DNA from: Octopus vulgaris
Taxonomy: Eukaryota
DNA length: 64,000 bases
NCBI GenBank assembly: GCA_951406725.2
Contig: OX597817.1
Span: 15,500,001 to 15,564,000 of the forward strand
Direction of reading: 5' to 3'
A program made the translations under genes and the position numbers. Of the stretch, positions 48,533 through 61,613 are shown piece after piece; the stretch's first letter is position 1, and every line of letters starts with the position of its first letter. Below the pieces are notes generated by a model that was not told the origin of the DNA, did no database searches, and was given only the letters and a program-made list of their open reading frames with translations.

Positions 48533-51055
48533 ATCATCATCATCATCATTGTTTAATGTTCGCTTTCCATGCTAGCATTGGTTGGATGATTTCATTCAGG
48601 ACTGGCGAACCAGATAGCTGCACCAGGCTCCAATCTGATCTGGCAGAGTTTCTACAGCTGGATGTCCTTCCTAATACCAACCACTCCGAGAGTGTAGTGG
48701 GTGCTTTAACATGCCGTTGGCACGAGGGCCAGTCAGGCAGTACTGACAACGGCCATGCTCAAGTGGTATTTTTTACGTGCCACCTGCACAGGAACCAGTC
48801 CAGTGGCACTGGCAATGACCTCGCTTGAATGTTTTTCATGTGCCAGTAAGGCGACGCTGGTAACGATCACGTGCCTCTTTTTTACGTGCCACTGGTATGG
48901 AAGCTAGTCAGCTGCTCTGGCAGCGACCATGCTCGGATGGTGCTCTTAGTACTCCACTGGCACTCGTGCCAGTCATCGAATTTGCAAATTTGATTTGATT
49001 TAGATTTAATTTCCCTCAATAGGTCTTCGCAAGCAGAGTTTAGTGTCCAATGAAGGAAAGGTATGCATAAGTGGGCTGGTTACACCCCTGGCATAGGCCA
49101 CGGGTTATGGTCTCACTTGGCTTGTCGGGTCTTCCCAAGCACTGCATATTTCCAAATGTCTCGGTCACTAGTCATTGCCTCAGTGAGGCCTAATGTTTGA
49201 AGGTCGTGCTTCACCACCTCATCCAGGTCTTCCTGGGTCTACTTCTTCCACAGGTTCTCTCAACCGCTAGGGTGTGGCACTTTTTCACACAGCTATCCTC
49301 ATCCATTCTCGCCACATGCCCATACCAGCACAGTTGTCTCTCTTGCACACCTCATCTGATGCTTCTTAGGTCCAACTTTTCTCTCAAGGTACTAACACTC
49401 TGTCGTGTATGCAAACTGACATTACACATCCAGCAGAGCATACTGGCTTCATTCCTTGCAATCTTACGCATGTCCTCAGCAGTCACAGCCCATGTTTCAC
49501 TGCCATGTAGAATGGCTGTTTGTACACATGTGTCATACAGTCTACCTTTTACACTGACTGAGAGGCCTTTTGTCACCAGCAGAGGTAAGAGCTCAGGCTG
49601 AACTTATTCTAGCAGCTACACTTTCAGCGCACCCTCCTCTGCTACTGACTTGGTCACCTAGGTAACAGAAGCTATCAAATTACTTCTAGTTTTTCTCCCT
49701 AGAAAGTGGTGGAAGTTGTTCTCTGCACATTTTCAGTGTTTATTACTCCTGAGCATCTGACATATGCAAAAACTATCTTCCCAGTTAAGCTTCCTATGAT
49801 ATTGCTGCACCTCTTATGTGTCCATAGCTTACACTGGGTACATCTTATGAAATTTCTACTTATGTCTTTTCTACAGATCGAGCAGGGCCACCTACCTGAA
49901 GGGATTTGTGGTTTGCCTGCCTTCCTACTTATTAGGACTTTGGTTTTTAGCTAGGTTGACTCTAAGGCCCTTCGATTCTAATCCTTGCTTCCACACCTGA
50001 AACTTCTCCTCTAGTTCTGATAGTGACTCAGCAATTAGAGCAAGGTCATCAGCATAGAGGAGCTCCCAGGGGCATCCTGTCTTGAATTCCTCTGTTATTG
50101 CCTGGAGGACTATGGTGAATGGGAGGAGGCTGAGGACTGAACCTTGGTGGACCCCTACCTCTACCCAGAATTCTTTACTGTACTCGTTGCTAACCCTCAC
50201 CTTACTGACAGCGTCCCTGTACATGGCTTGCACAGCTCCCACTAACCATTCATCTATCCCTAGTTTCCTCATTGACCACTAGATAAGGAATTGGGGGACC
50301 CTGTCAAAGGCTTTCTCTATGTCAACAAAAGCCAGGTACAGAGGTTTATCTTTAGCTAGGTATTTCTCCTGCAGCTGTCTTACTAGAAATATAGCATCAG
50401 TGGTGCTTTTCCCTGGTATGAACCCAAACTGCATCTCATCTAAATTGACTCTCTCTCTAATTAGTTGAGCTATGACCCTCTCAATGACCTTCATTACCTG
50501 ATCCAACAACTTGATACCTCTGTAATTATTTGTATCTAAAACGTCACCTTTACCTTAGTAGCAGTTGACTATTATGCTGCTACATAATATTAGGTATGAC
50601 TCCTTCGTGTATCACCTGGTTAACTATACGAGTGACTAGGCTATAGCCAATACTGCCAGATATTTCGAGCATCTCTGCAGTGATTCCTGAAGGGCTGGGG
50701 GCTTTTCCTGTCTTCATATTCTTAATTACTTTATCTACCAAGGTACTGTCAACTCGGATAGCTAGTCCCTCTGTCGGGTTGGCATTCAGCAGACTCTCTT
50801 TCTCCCATTCATTTTCTTTATTGAGCAGCCTTTCATAGTGGCGTCTCCAAACCTCTCTCTTTGCAGCTTCGTTTAGAGCAAGAGAACCATCATCTATGTG
50901 GACACATTTCCCTCCTACAACATCACGATTCTCTCTCACACATTGTCTTGCAACATGAAATACCTCAAGTCTTTGGTACTCACAGCACAGAACATTGGCA
51001 AATTTTTTTCTTTTCTGCTTCCCCTCTGGCTAAATAAACCTGTCTCCTAGCTTCC
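48533..51055 (-). mobile_element. 5'-truncated RTE-clade LINE (RT pseudogene plus long 3' UTR)
   Basis: MKTGKAPSPSGI, QFGFIPGKSTTDAIF, FVDIEKAFDRVP, GVHQGSVLS, LLYADDLALIAES and ILHGSETW; several stops and frameshifts; (GAT)n tail at 48533-48548. Confidence 0.92.
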
Positions 51056-51097
51056 CTAGGGAAGATTTAAGACTGGTCTTAATCAGATATACCTTCC

Positions 51098-51307
51098 TAG
51101 AAACGTTAGCACACTGGGCGAAATGTTTAGCAGTATTTCGTCTGTCGTTACGTTCAAATTCCGCCGAGGTCGACTTTGCCTTTCATCCTTTCGAAGTTGA
51201 TAAATAAAGTACCAGTTTTGCACTGGGGTTGATGTAATCGACTTAATCCCTTTGTCTGTCCTTGTTTATCCTCTCTATGTTTAGCCCCTTGTGGGCAGTA
51301 AAGAATT
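51098..51307 (+). mobile_element. Nin/Deu-like SINE
   Basis: TSD ATATACCTTCC. Confidence 0.85.
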
Positions 51308-51386
51308 ATATACCTTCCCATGAAATATGAAGTTTTGTGCCTACTTTAGAAGTCAATATTATTATAAAATCTGCTCTGCTATTCAG

Positions 51387-51500
51387 CTTGAAGAAGAAAT
51401 CAAACAGTTGCAAGGGAAACTAAAACAAACGGAGAGCAAGATGAATGAATGGAGAAACCAGAGTCAAGTTTTCAAACAAGAACTGAAGTTGGCTAACAAA
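51387..51500 (+). CDS. CCDC13: CCDC13 exon (LEEEIKQLQGKLKQTESKMNEWRNQSQVFKQELKLANK)
   Basis: ttcag| and |gtaagt, 114 nt, phase 0-0; aligns to human KMSDLRNQIQSVKQELRMAQK. Confidence 0.9.
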
Positions 51501-51545
51501 GTAAGTCTGCTATAAATGTAATTTTATTGACTTCATAACTGAATA

Positions 51546-52422
51546 TCTTTATATATAAAAGTGAGGTTGTGTGCTGTCTGTCTCCTACGATTTACATTCC
51601 TAACTACTCCCACATTTTGCGGTGCAGTTATCAAGCCCTTCTGGGTATTAGCGCGCGTCTACGATGAGTCTACGATTTTAAAAATAATTTAACATCATTT
51701 TTTATTCCATTTTAATGCATAATTTTTCGTGTGTCGATGGCAGCGGAGTTGGCGTCCACGCTCACAGCTGCACCTGTTTGCTTCTCCCCCTTCCCTCCCT
51801 CGTGAAGCTGTGGGGAAGGGAGTTTAAGGAAATCAACGTCGTAAAGCGTTGTCAAGGAGACCAGCGTTCTTTTAGAACAACGACTTCATGGCTTGAAGAC
51901 ACCAAAACAGAAATGGCTAAGAAAGCCCGAATTGGCATCTATAAGGGAAGTAACTCTCTAAAAATGCTTATATAGTTATTTCCCTTACAAACCCGAGCAA
52001 CGCCGGGCGATACTGCTAGTCTTTATATATAAAAGTGAGGTTGTGTGCTGTCTGTCTCCTACGATTTAGATTCCTAACTACTCCCACATTTTGTGGTGCA
52101 GTTTAACCAAAACCGGGTGTCTTATAGTCGTGATTCATATCGAGCCCTTCTGAGTATTAGCGCGGTTCTACGATGAGTCTACTACGATTTAAAAAAAAAT
52201 TTACCATCAATTTTTCCCATTTTTAATGCATTTTTGGCATATATAAGGGAAGTAACTCTCTAAACATTTATTATTAAATCTCAGAACGTAAAAAGCTACA
52301 GTAACAACCCCCCCACCTTTGTGGTTAGCCATATTGAGATGGCTATTATACTTTACATCTCTAAAAATGCTTATATAGTTATTTCCCTTACAAACCCGAG
52401 CAACGCCGGGCGATACTGCTAG
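51546..52422 (+). mobile_element. Helitron family 1 head-to-tail dimer (51546-52019 plus 52020-52422)
   Basis: A|TC...hairpin-CTAG|TC...hairpin-CTAG|T, no TSD. Confidence 0.9.
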
Positions 52423-52788
52423 TAGTAGATAATACGATTGTAATTATGAAGGAATGAAACCACAGTATAGTTCTTTTGTTTCATTTTAAATCTGTCATTG
52501 AAATCAACTTCTATTTAAGTATTCTTTTACTATTTTACTAGTTTCAGCCATTGGACCGTGGTCATGCTGGGGCATCGTCTGTAGTCAGCCATATTGCATT
52601 TCAGTTTGGGGCTTGCTTTGTTGATCTTTATTTCCAAATCACTATGTTATGGGGGATAAACATAAACATTACACTAGCTAACCAGTGTAAACAGACACAG
52701 GCATAGTTGCACACTCACTCACACTCACACACACACACATACACACATGCAATTCATCTTTTTGTATATATATATATATATATATATA

Positions 52789-53187
52789 CTAGCAGTATCG
52801 CCCGGCGTTGCTCGGGTTTGTAAGGGAAATAACTATAGAACCATTTATAGAATGTTACTTCCTGATATAAACTGAGCGAAAATGCATTAAAAATGCGGAA
52901 AAATTATGGTAAATTTTTTTTTAAATCGTAGACTCATCGTAGACGCGAGTTACTTCCCTTATATAATAGCAAAAAAATGCATTAAAAATGGGAAAAAATG
53001 ATGGTAAATTTTTTTTTAAATCGTAGACTCATCGTAGGCGCGCGCTAATACCCAGAAGGGCTCGATATGAATCACGACTATAAGATACCCACTTTATGGT
53101 TAAACTGCACCGCAAAATGTGGGAGTGGTTAGGAATCTAAATCGTAGGAGACAGACAGCACACAACCTCATCTTTTATATATAAAGA
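52789..53187 (-). mobile_element. Helitron family 1 copy in (TA)n
   Basis: CTAG and hairpin at 52789, TC end at 53187. Confidence 0.9.
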
Positions 53188-53519
53188 TATATATATATTT
53201 ATATATCATCCTTCTTCCATGCGTTTATTGACTTGTGAGCTACATGGTAACCTCAATCGTGCTAGTGGCATGAAAAAGCACACACTGTAAAATTGTTGGC
53301 ATTAGGAAAGGCATTCAGCCATAGTAGCAATGCCAAAGCAGACACTGGAACATAATGTAATTCTTCAATCCATCAGATCCTTATCAAACTGCCAACCCTG
53401 CACAAAATATGGATGTTAAATGATTATGATAATGATGATGACATACGTGCACATAGGTATATATATGTGTGTGCGTGTGTGTATGGATATCCATCCATCT
53501 CTCCGTCTGTCTGTCCTTC

Positions 53520-53521
53520 CG

Positions 53522-53580
<59 letters not shown>

Positions 53581-53731
53581 GTCTATCTATCTATCTACCT
53601 CTCTCTCTATCTATCTATCTATCCCTCTCTATCTATCTATCTATCCCTCTCTATCTATCTATCTATCTATCTATCCTTCTCTATCTATCTATCTATCCCT
53701 CTCTATCTATCTATCTATCTATCTATCCCTC

Positions 53732-53785
<54 letters not shown>

Positions 53786-53850
53786 CATCTATCTATCCAT
53801 CTATCTATCTATCTATCTGTCTGTCTATCTGTTTATCTATTTATCTAATC
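53520..53850. repeat. (CTAT)n microsatellite
   Basis: Directly visible; source of the SIYL-repeat ORFs. Confidence 0.95.
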
Positions 53851-53852
53851 TT

Positions 53853-53884
<32 letters not shown>

Positions 53885-53982
53885 TCTCTCTCCCTCTCTC
53901 ACACACAGACACGCGTTTATCTATGTATTTATATACATAAACTCCCAAATACTTCCTTTTTCTTTTTTCTTATTATTTTCAG

Positions 53983-54087
53983 GTCATTAGTCAAGAGGTC
54001 GGAGAAAGTGCAAATATCCATGCTTTGCTTTCCGAAAGTTCTTCATGGAAAGGACGAGCACAGCAAAATCTCACTCTACAGCAAAAG
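53983..54087 (+). CDS. CCDC13: CCDC13 exon (VISQEVGESANIHALLSESSSWKGRAQQNLTLQQK)
   Basis: Strong pyrimidine tract with cag| and |gtaact, 105 nt; matches human VLAREVGEDINVQQLLSSPGTWRGRAQQILVLQSK. Confidence 0.93.
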
Positions 54088-54189
54088 GTAACTATTGTTT
54101 TGTAAAAAGTAATGGAAAATACAAATTTCTTCTGATATGAATGAAATACAAAAAAAACCATTAATGAAAATCTATTGGACAATGAATAT

Positions 54190-54646
54190 ATATTTCTTTA
54201 CTGCCCACAAGGGGCTAAACATAGAGGGGACAAACAAGGACAGACAAAGGGATTAAGTTGATTACATCGACCCCCCCCACCCAGTGCGAAACTGGTACTT
54301 TATTTATCGACCCGGAAAGGATGAAAGGTAAAGTCGACCTCGGCGGAATTTGAACTCGGAACGTAACGACAGACGAAATACGGCTACGCATTTCGCCCGC
54401 AAATATAAATATTTCTTTATTGCCCACAAGGGGCTAAACATAGAGGGGACAAACAAGGACAGACAAAGGGATTAAGTTGATTACATCGACCTCCCCCCCG
54501 TGCGAAACTGGTACTTTATTTATCGACCCGGAAAGGATGAAAGGTAAAATCGACCTCGGCGGAATTTGAACTCAGACCGTAACGACAGACGAAATACCGC
54601 TAAGCATTTCGCCCGGCGCGCTAACGAGTCTGCCAGCACGCCGCCT
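54190..54646 (-). mobile_element. Tandem dimer of Nin/Deu-like SINE under one TSD
   Basis: 16-bp TSD TTGGACAATGAATATA flanks two head-to-tail units. Confidence 0.85.
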
Positions 54647-54852
54647 TGGACAATGAATATAGATGAATTGAAGTTAATTTAATTGAGGGGTTAACAATAA
54701 AAACCAAAGCTGGAGCACATTATGACTCTACCTGCCATGTGCAGTTGTCATTTCTAAGTCAGAATATGAATTTTGGCTTTGTGACTTGTGGCATTTTCTT
54801 GAGTATTTCTTTGAATTTCTTTGGAAGAAAGCAAGGCAGAATTCTGGCTTAA

Positions 54853-55084
54853 AGGCGGCGAGCTGGCAGAAACATTAGCACACTGAGCGAAATGCTTAGC
54901 GGTATTTCGTCTGCCGCTACGTTCTGAGTTCAAATTCCACCAAGGTCAACTTTTCCTTTCATCCTTTCGGGGTCGATAAATTAAGTACCAGTTACGCACT
55001 GGGGTCGATGTAATCAACTTTATCCCTTTGTCTGTCCTTGATTGTCCCCTCTATGTTTAGCCCCTTGTGGGCAATAAAGAAATA
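54853..55084 (+). mobile_element. Full-length Nin/Deu-like SINE
   Basis: 15-bp TSD AGAATTCTGGCTTAA. Confidence 0.9.
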
Positions 55085-55405
55085 AGAATTCTGGCTTAAG
55101 CATCCGGTATACTCTTCATAACTTTTATGAATTTGTGTTCTACATAGGAGAATTCATGCAATTAGGTAAAAAAAAATTTAAGGGCGATTTAGCTGTTCTT
55201 TTTAGCACGTCTCACAACCACCTGATACCTTCCTCATTTCTTTGTCTCTCTGACATGTATTGATGCTTTTCAATATTTTTCTCCCCATAAACACATTTAA
55301 TGCAGCAATGATGCACCCAAGGGTGGCCCACTGCTGGGATTTAAGCAAAAAATTCAGACTGACTGTATTTTAAACACTGATTTTTAAAAAATTTGAAAAA
55401 AAGTA

Positions 55406-55803
55406 GGCGCAGGAGTGGCTGTGTGGTAAGTAGCTTGTTTACCAACCACATGGTTCTGGGTTCAGTCCCACTGCGTGGCACCTTGGGCAAGTGTCTTCTA
55501 CTATAGCCTCGGGCCGACCAAAACCTTGATTTGGTAGATGGAAACTGAAAGAAGCCTGTCGTATATATGTATATATATATATGCATGTGTGTGTTTGTGT
55601 GTCTGTGTTTGTCCCCCTAGCATTGCTTGACAACCGATGCTGGTGTGTTTATGTCCCCGTCACTTAGCGGTTTGGCAAAAGAGACCGATAGAATAAGTAC
55701 TGGGCTTACAATGAATAAGTCCCAGGGTTGAGTTGCTCGATTAAAGGCGGTGCTCCAGCATGGCCGCAGTCAAATGGCTGAAACAAGTAAAAGAGTAAAG
55801 AGA
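55406..55803 (+). mobile_element. Full-length CORE-like SINE
   Basis: Consensus match. Confidence 0.9.
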
Positions 55804-55880
55804 GCTTTGGGATTTATGGTGGTGGGAGGGGTTTAAAAAATTAGGAAAAACAATTTATAAATTCCAATGTGTTACTTTTT

Positions 55881-56284
55881 TACTCTTTTACTCTTTTACT
55901 TGTTTCAGTCATTTGACTGCAGCCATGCTGGAGCACTGCCTTTAGTCGAACAAATTGGCCCCAGGACTTATTTTTTGTGAGCCTAGTACTTATTCCATCG
56001 GTCTCTTTTGCCGAACCGCTAAGTTATGGGGACATAAACACACCAGCATCGGTTGTCAAGCAATGTTGGGGGGACAAACACAGACACTTAAACATATACA
56101 CACACATACATAAACATATGTACATATATACGACGGGCTTCTTTCAGTTTCCGTCTACCAAATCTACTCACAAGGCTTTGATCAGCCTGAGACTGTAGTA
56201 GAAGACACTTGCCCAAGGTGCCACACAGTGGGACTGAACCCAGAACCATGTGGTTCGTAAGGAAGCTAATTACCACACAGCCAC
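55881..56284 (-). mobile_element. CORE-like SINE
   Basis: Reverse consensus. Confidence 0.9.
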
Positions 56285-56764
56285 CGAAAATTTTCTGAAA
56301 ATTCCCTAAAATAGAAAAAGTTATGAGGGATTTTATGGAGTGCTTAAACCAGAATTTCACTGAAAGCAGTTAGATTTTGCTCCTTTACAGTAGAATTTAT
56401 GACAAAAAACAAAACAAAAAAAAGGTATGGCTAAGTGGTTAAGAGGTTTGCTTTGTTGTCATATAGTTTCAGGTTCAGTCTGTGTGTCTGACTTTGTGTT
56501 TTTGCTTGTCTCCTCCCATCACTTTGACAACTGGCATTGGTTTGTTTACATCCCCATAACTTAGCTGTTTGGCAAAAGACACTGATAGATTAAATGCCAA
56601 ACTTAAAGAAAAAGTAAATTCTGTGGTTGATTTGTTCAACTAAAACCTTCTTGGCCCCAGCATGGCTGCAAGTCTGGTAACTGACACTAGTAAAAGATAT
56701 GAGTTAAAGAAGTAAAAAGAAGGTAAATTCATATTAAACTTGCTTTGTGAAATCCTTATATTCA

Positions 56765-57165
56765 GTATATAATACAATAATAATGAAATTATTGTATACA
56801 GTGCTCAGGTGCACCACAACTTGTGAAAAGTGCGTATAAAGCATATGCAGTAATGTACAAATGTCTGGGAAGTGAACAGTGTATGAGTCAGATACATGCT
56901 TGTGTGTGTATGGAAGGGAGAAAATCAGGTGTAGTGTTGGCGAATCTCAGAAAGCATGGAAGTTTTGAAGGATGCAGTGCTCCGACAACTAACAACTGAT
57001 GCCGGCAGTTTGTTCCATGCTTCAGCAACTCTTAGCGTGAAAAAATTTCCGAAAGTCATGGGAGCTGTGCTGTTTTCCGACTTTGTAAACATGTCCATGG
57101 GTGTTAGACAGGTGGAGTTTGAAAAGGTACTCAGAGTTATGTAGAGTACAATTGAATTGTAGCCA
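56765..57165 (-). mobile_element. CR1/L2-type LINE 3' end
   Basis: HGHVYKV..; NFFTLRVAEAWNKLPASVVSCRSTASFK; (ATT)n tail. Confidence 0.8.
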
Positions 57166-57295
57166 GTCATATTTTTTACAAATTATACAAATTAGTCTAA
57201 AGTAAATGCACAATGCTCATAATCTCATCAGGCGCTTTTGGACTGGTATGATTGATGTTGTTGATATTAAAGCTATGCATTTCTTGACTGCCACC

Positions 57296-57995
57296 ATCAT
57301 CATCATCATTATGATAATCATCATTTAACGTCTGTTGTTCATGCTGGCATGGGTTGGACGGTTTGACTAGGGCTGGTAAGCTGAGGGTCAGCACTAGACT
57401 CTAGTTTGATTTGGCATGGTCTCTATTGCTGGACTGGATGCCCTTCCTAATACCAACCGCTCCGAGAATGTAATGGGTGCTTTTACGTGCCACCGGCAAG
57501 GACACTAGTTGCTGGACACCAGTATCTGCCACGGCTACAATTTCACTTGGTTTGATGGGTCTCCTTAAGCACAGTATATTGCCAAAGGTCTCAGTTATTT
57601 GTCATTGCCTCCATGAGGCCCAACACTTGAAAGGTACTTTTTATGTGCCCCCGGCATGGGTGCTTTTTATGTGGAACCGGCACAGGTGCCTTCTATGTGA
57701 TACCTGCATGGGTGCTTTACACGTGGCCCTGAAACAGGTGCTCTTTATGTGGAACTTGCATGGATCTGTTCTACACAACACTGGTGCACGTGATTCTTAT
57801 ATGGAACTGGTAGAGATGCTCCATATGTGGCACTAGCACTGGTGATTTTTACATTGTACAAGTACAGGGACTTTATATATGAAACCAGTATTAGTGCTCC
57901 GTATGTGGCACTAGCACAGGTACCTTTGACGCTGAACTGGCACAGGTTCTTTCTGCGTGGAACCAGCACAGGTCCATTTTATGTGACACTGGCAT
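57296..57995 (-). mobile_element. RTE 3' fragment with amplified ~25-bp subrepeats
   Basis: CAT tail at about 57296-57325; many degenerate TTTATGTGGCACTAGCACAGGTGC-like units at 57640-57995. Confidence 0.7.
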
Positions 57996-58644
57996 TGGTT
58001 ACATTGGCTCAGTAAGATAAATGGGGCCAGGGATGAGCCAATATCCTGTGGCCCCTATGTTAGTCATGAGCAAAGTGTGGCCTGCAGCAGTTTCTGAATG
58101 GTGCAACTAATGGAAAATTACCTTGAGTATTTTGAGTAGTGTGGCCTGCCTCATGTTGATTTGTGTCTCATGTGGCCTGCTTCTCAAAAAAGGTTGCTAA
58201 TGTCTGCTCTATGTTATCATTTAATTTGCTACAAATAGCAACCAAAGCTTCCTAAAACCAAATCTTACTCCCTAAAAAAAAGAAGGACACCTTGGATAAT
58301 GTAGTCCTAGAATACATTATGTCTGAGCGAAAGACAAGATGGTCACATTTGGAATGCATTTGATCATAGGTCTTTTGATCATGATTGACTTGGGGTTCAA
58401 CAATTACAACATAGGAAGTGGGAAGAATAGGACAAGAGTGAGAGTTCTACAGAGGAATGATGTGGTAAAGTGCTTAATACAAGATCTGTCAAGGTGAGAC
58501 AGAGCAGAGGTGACAGAAATCCTTATTGAATTATTACTCATGATCACAGAAAATGACAAATACTCATGATCAGAGCTTAAAAGGATAAAAGCCATTTTTT
58601 TCACTCAAGTGGCAATTAATTGATGTCTTTTATGAAATAATACA

Positions 58645-59145
58645 AGTGTGATCGTTGACAGAGCGGCTAACCAGCTTCCGTATCAGTGGCACATAAAAGG
58701 CACCATTCGAGTGTGATCGTTACCAGTGTCACCTTACTGGCACTTGTGCCCATGCTAGTAGGGTGCTAAGAGCACCATCCGAGCGTGATTGTTGCCAGAG
58801 CGGCTAACTGGCTTCCGTGCCGGTGGCGCGTAAAAGGCACCATTCGAGCGTGATCGTTACCAGCGTCACCTTACTGGCACCTGTGCTGGTGGCATGTGTA
58901 AAAAGATTCAAGCGAGGTCGTTGCCAGTACTGCCTGACTGGCCCCATGCCGGTGGCACGTAAAAAGCACCCACTACACTCTCGTAATGGTTGGCGTTAGG
59001 AAGGGCATCCAGCTGTAGAAACTCTGCCAGATCAAGACTGGAGCCTGGTGCAGCCATCTTGTTCACCAGCCTCAGTCAAAATCGTCCAACCCATGCCAGC
59101 ATGGAAAGCAGACGTTAAACGATGATGATGATGATGATGATGATG
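58645..59145 (+). mobile_element. RTE-type LINE 3' end with internal duplication
   Basis: Consensus motifs and a long (GAT)n tail. Confidence 0.85.
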
Positions 59146-59540
59146 AATATGTTATTTGTCAGATAATTCTAAGTTTTTATTTTCTATTGTTAAGTTGCTT
59201 CATATTCGAAAACTTAATACAAAATAAGCATGGCTGTGTGGTTAGGGAGCTTGCTTCTTAGCTACATGGTTTCGGGTTCAGTCCCACTGCGTGACACTTT
59301 GGGTAGGTGTCTTCCACTATAGCCCCGAGCCGACCGAAGCTTTGTGATTGAATTCGTTAGGCGGAAGTTACTGCCGTGTGTGTATATGTGCGTATAGCTG
59401 CTCAATGCCTCTCCGAAAGAGAGAGAGGGATTACAAAATGTTTATTTAGAATAACTTAAGAAGATACCCAAGAGAAATATCTAGCATAATAAACAGGAAT
59501 GTGCCAGGTCTCACATTTGTAATATTCATCATCATTCTCA

Positions 59541-59958
59541 TACTCTTTACTCTCTTTTACTCTTTTACTTGTTTCAGTCATTTGACTGCGGCCATGCTGG
59601 AGCACCGCCTTTAGTCGAGCAAATCGACCCCGGGACTTATTCTTTGTAAGCCCAGTACTTATTCTATCGGTCTCTTTTGCTGAACCGCTAAGTGACGGGG
59701 ATGTAAACACACCAGCATCGGTTGTCAAGCAATGCTAGGGGGACAAACACAGACACAAAAACACATACACACACATATATATATACATATATACGACAGG
59801 CTTCTTTCAGTTTCCGTCTACCAAATCCACTCACAAGGCATTGGTCGGCCCGAGGCTATAGCAGAAGACACTTACTTGCCCAAGATGCCACGCAGTGGGA
59901 CTGAACCCGGAACCATGTGGTTGGTAAGCAAGCTACTTATAACACAGCCACTCCTGCG
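59541..59958 (-). mobile_element. Full-length CORE-like SINE
   Basis: Reverse consensus. Confidence 0.9.
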
Positions 59959-60189
59959 TCATCATCATTATAATTTAATGTCTAATTTCCTGTTTGCATG
60001 TGTCAGACGGAGTTTATTTGAGACAAATTCTCTACAACCAGCTGCCCTTTCTGTCACCAATCCTCATCTGTTTCCAAACAAAGCAATTTTTCCCCCATGG
60101 CCAGACATGTTCTTGCAGAGCATTGGAAATTAATGACACTACATGTATGACCGACACTCAATTGCAGCTATCATGTAATGTCAAGGTGC

Positions 60190-60192
<3 letters not shown>

Positions 60193-60237
<45 letters not shown>

Positions 60238-60547
60238 TACACACACTCATATAGATACACACAGATACACACACACAGATACACACAGATACACACACAC
60301 ACACACAAATACACACACACATGCACACACACACACACAGACACACACACACACACACACAGACACACACACACAGATACACACACACATACAGATACAC
60401 ACACACAGATACACACACACACACAGATACACACACACATACACACACATACAGATGCACACAAACAGACACACACACACAGACACACACACTCATATAG
60501 ATACACACACACACACACAGATACACACACACAGATACACACACACA
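60193..60547. repeat. (CA)n with periodic CAGATA interruptions
   Basis: Directly visible; hinge of the hybrid SINE at 59959-60660. Confidence 0.9.
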
Positions 60548-60701
60548 GAGGCTTTTTTAAAGTTTTCCCTCTACCAAATCCACTCACAAAGTTTCAATCA
60601 GTCCAGAGTTACAGTTTGCAAAAGTCTTCCTACACAATCACACCTGCATAATATTGTGGGTTGAAAACTTTGCCAGCTGAAATGAAGAAGAAATTATCAT
60701 A

Positions 60702-61108
60702 GGCGCAGGAGTGGCTGTGTGGTAAGTAGCTTGCTAACTAACCACATGGACCTGGGTTCAGTCCCACTGTGTGGCATCACGGGCAAGTGTCTTCTGCTAT
60801 AGCCCCGGGCCGACCAATGCCTTGTGAGTGGATTTGGTAGACGGAAACTGAAAGAAGCCTGTCGTATATATGTATATATATATGTGTGTGTGTGTTTGTG
60901 TGTCTGTGTTTGTCCCTCTAGCATTGCTTGACAACCGATGCTGGTGTGTTTACGTCCCCGTCACTTAGCAGTTTGGCAAAAGAGGCCGATAGAATAAGTA
61001 CTGGGCTTACAAAAGAATAAGTCCCGGGGTCGAGTTTCTCGACTAAAGGCGGTGCTCCAGCATGGCCGCAGTCAAATGACTGAAACAAGTAAAAGAGTAA
61101 AGAGAGTA
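60702..61108 (+). mobile_element. Full-length CORE-like SINE
   Basis: Consensus match. Confidence 0.9.
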
Positions 61109-61255
61109 ATACAGTCATTGCAAACTGGAGTGGATCTGGTCATTAAAACCAACTGAGAGAAATTTCTGATCTGTTTGTCTTATCAAAATTCCATCAACAA
61201 AGCAGATTGTACTCAGCTGGTAAAACCAAGTGTGAGTAATATACATATATAGAAT

Positions 61256-61613
<358 letters not shown>

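Noticed and set aside
53413-53990. Long SIYL-repeat ORFs next to an exon
   Set aside because: Translation of (CTAT)n; the real exon begins at the AG acceptor before 53983.
58027-58210. hAT/Charlie-like MITE with GTGGCC subrepeats
   Set aside because: TIRs too degenerate and no TSD found, so not listed as a feature.
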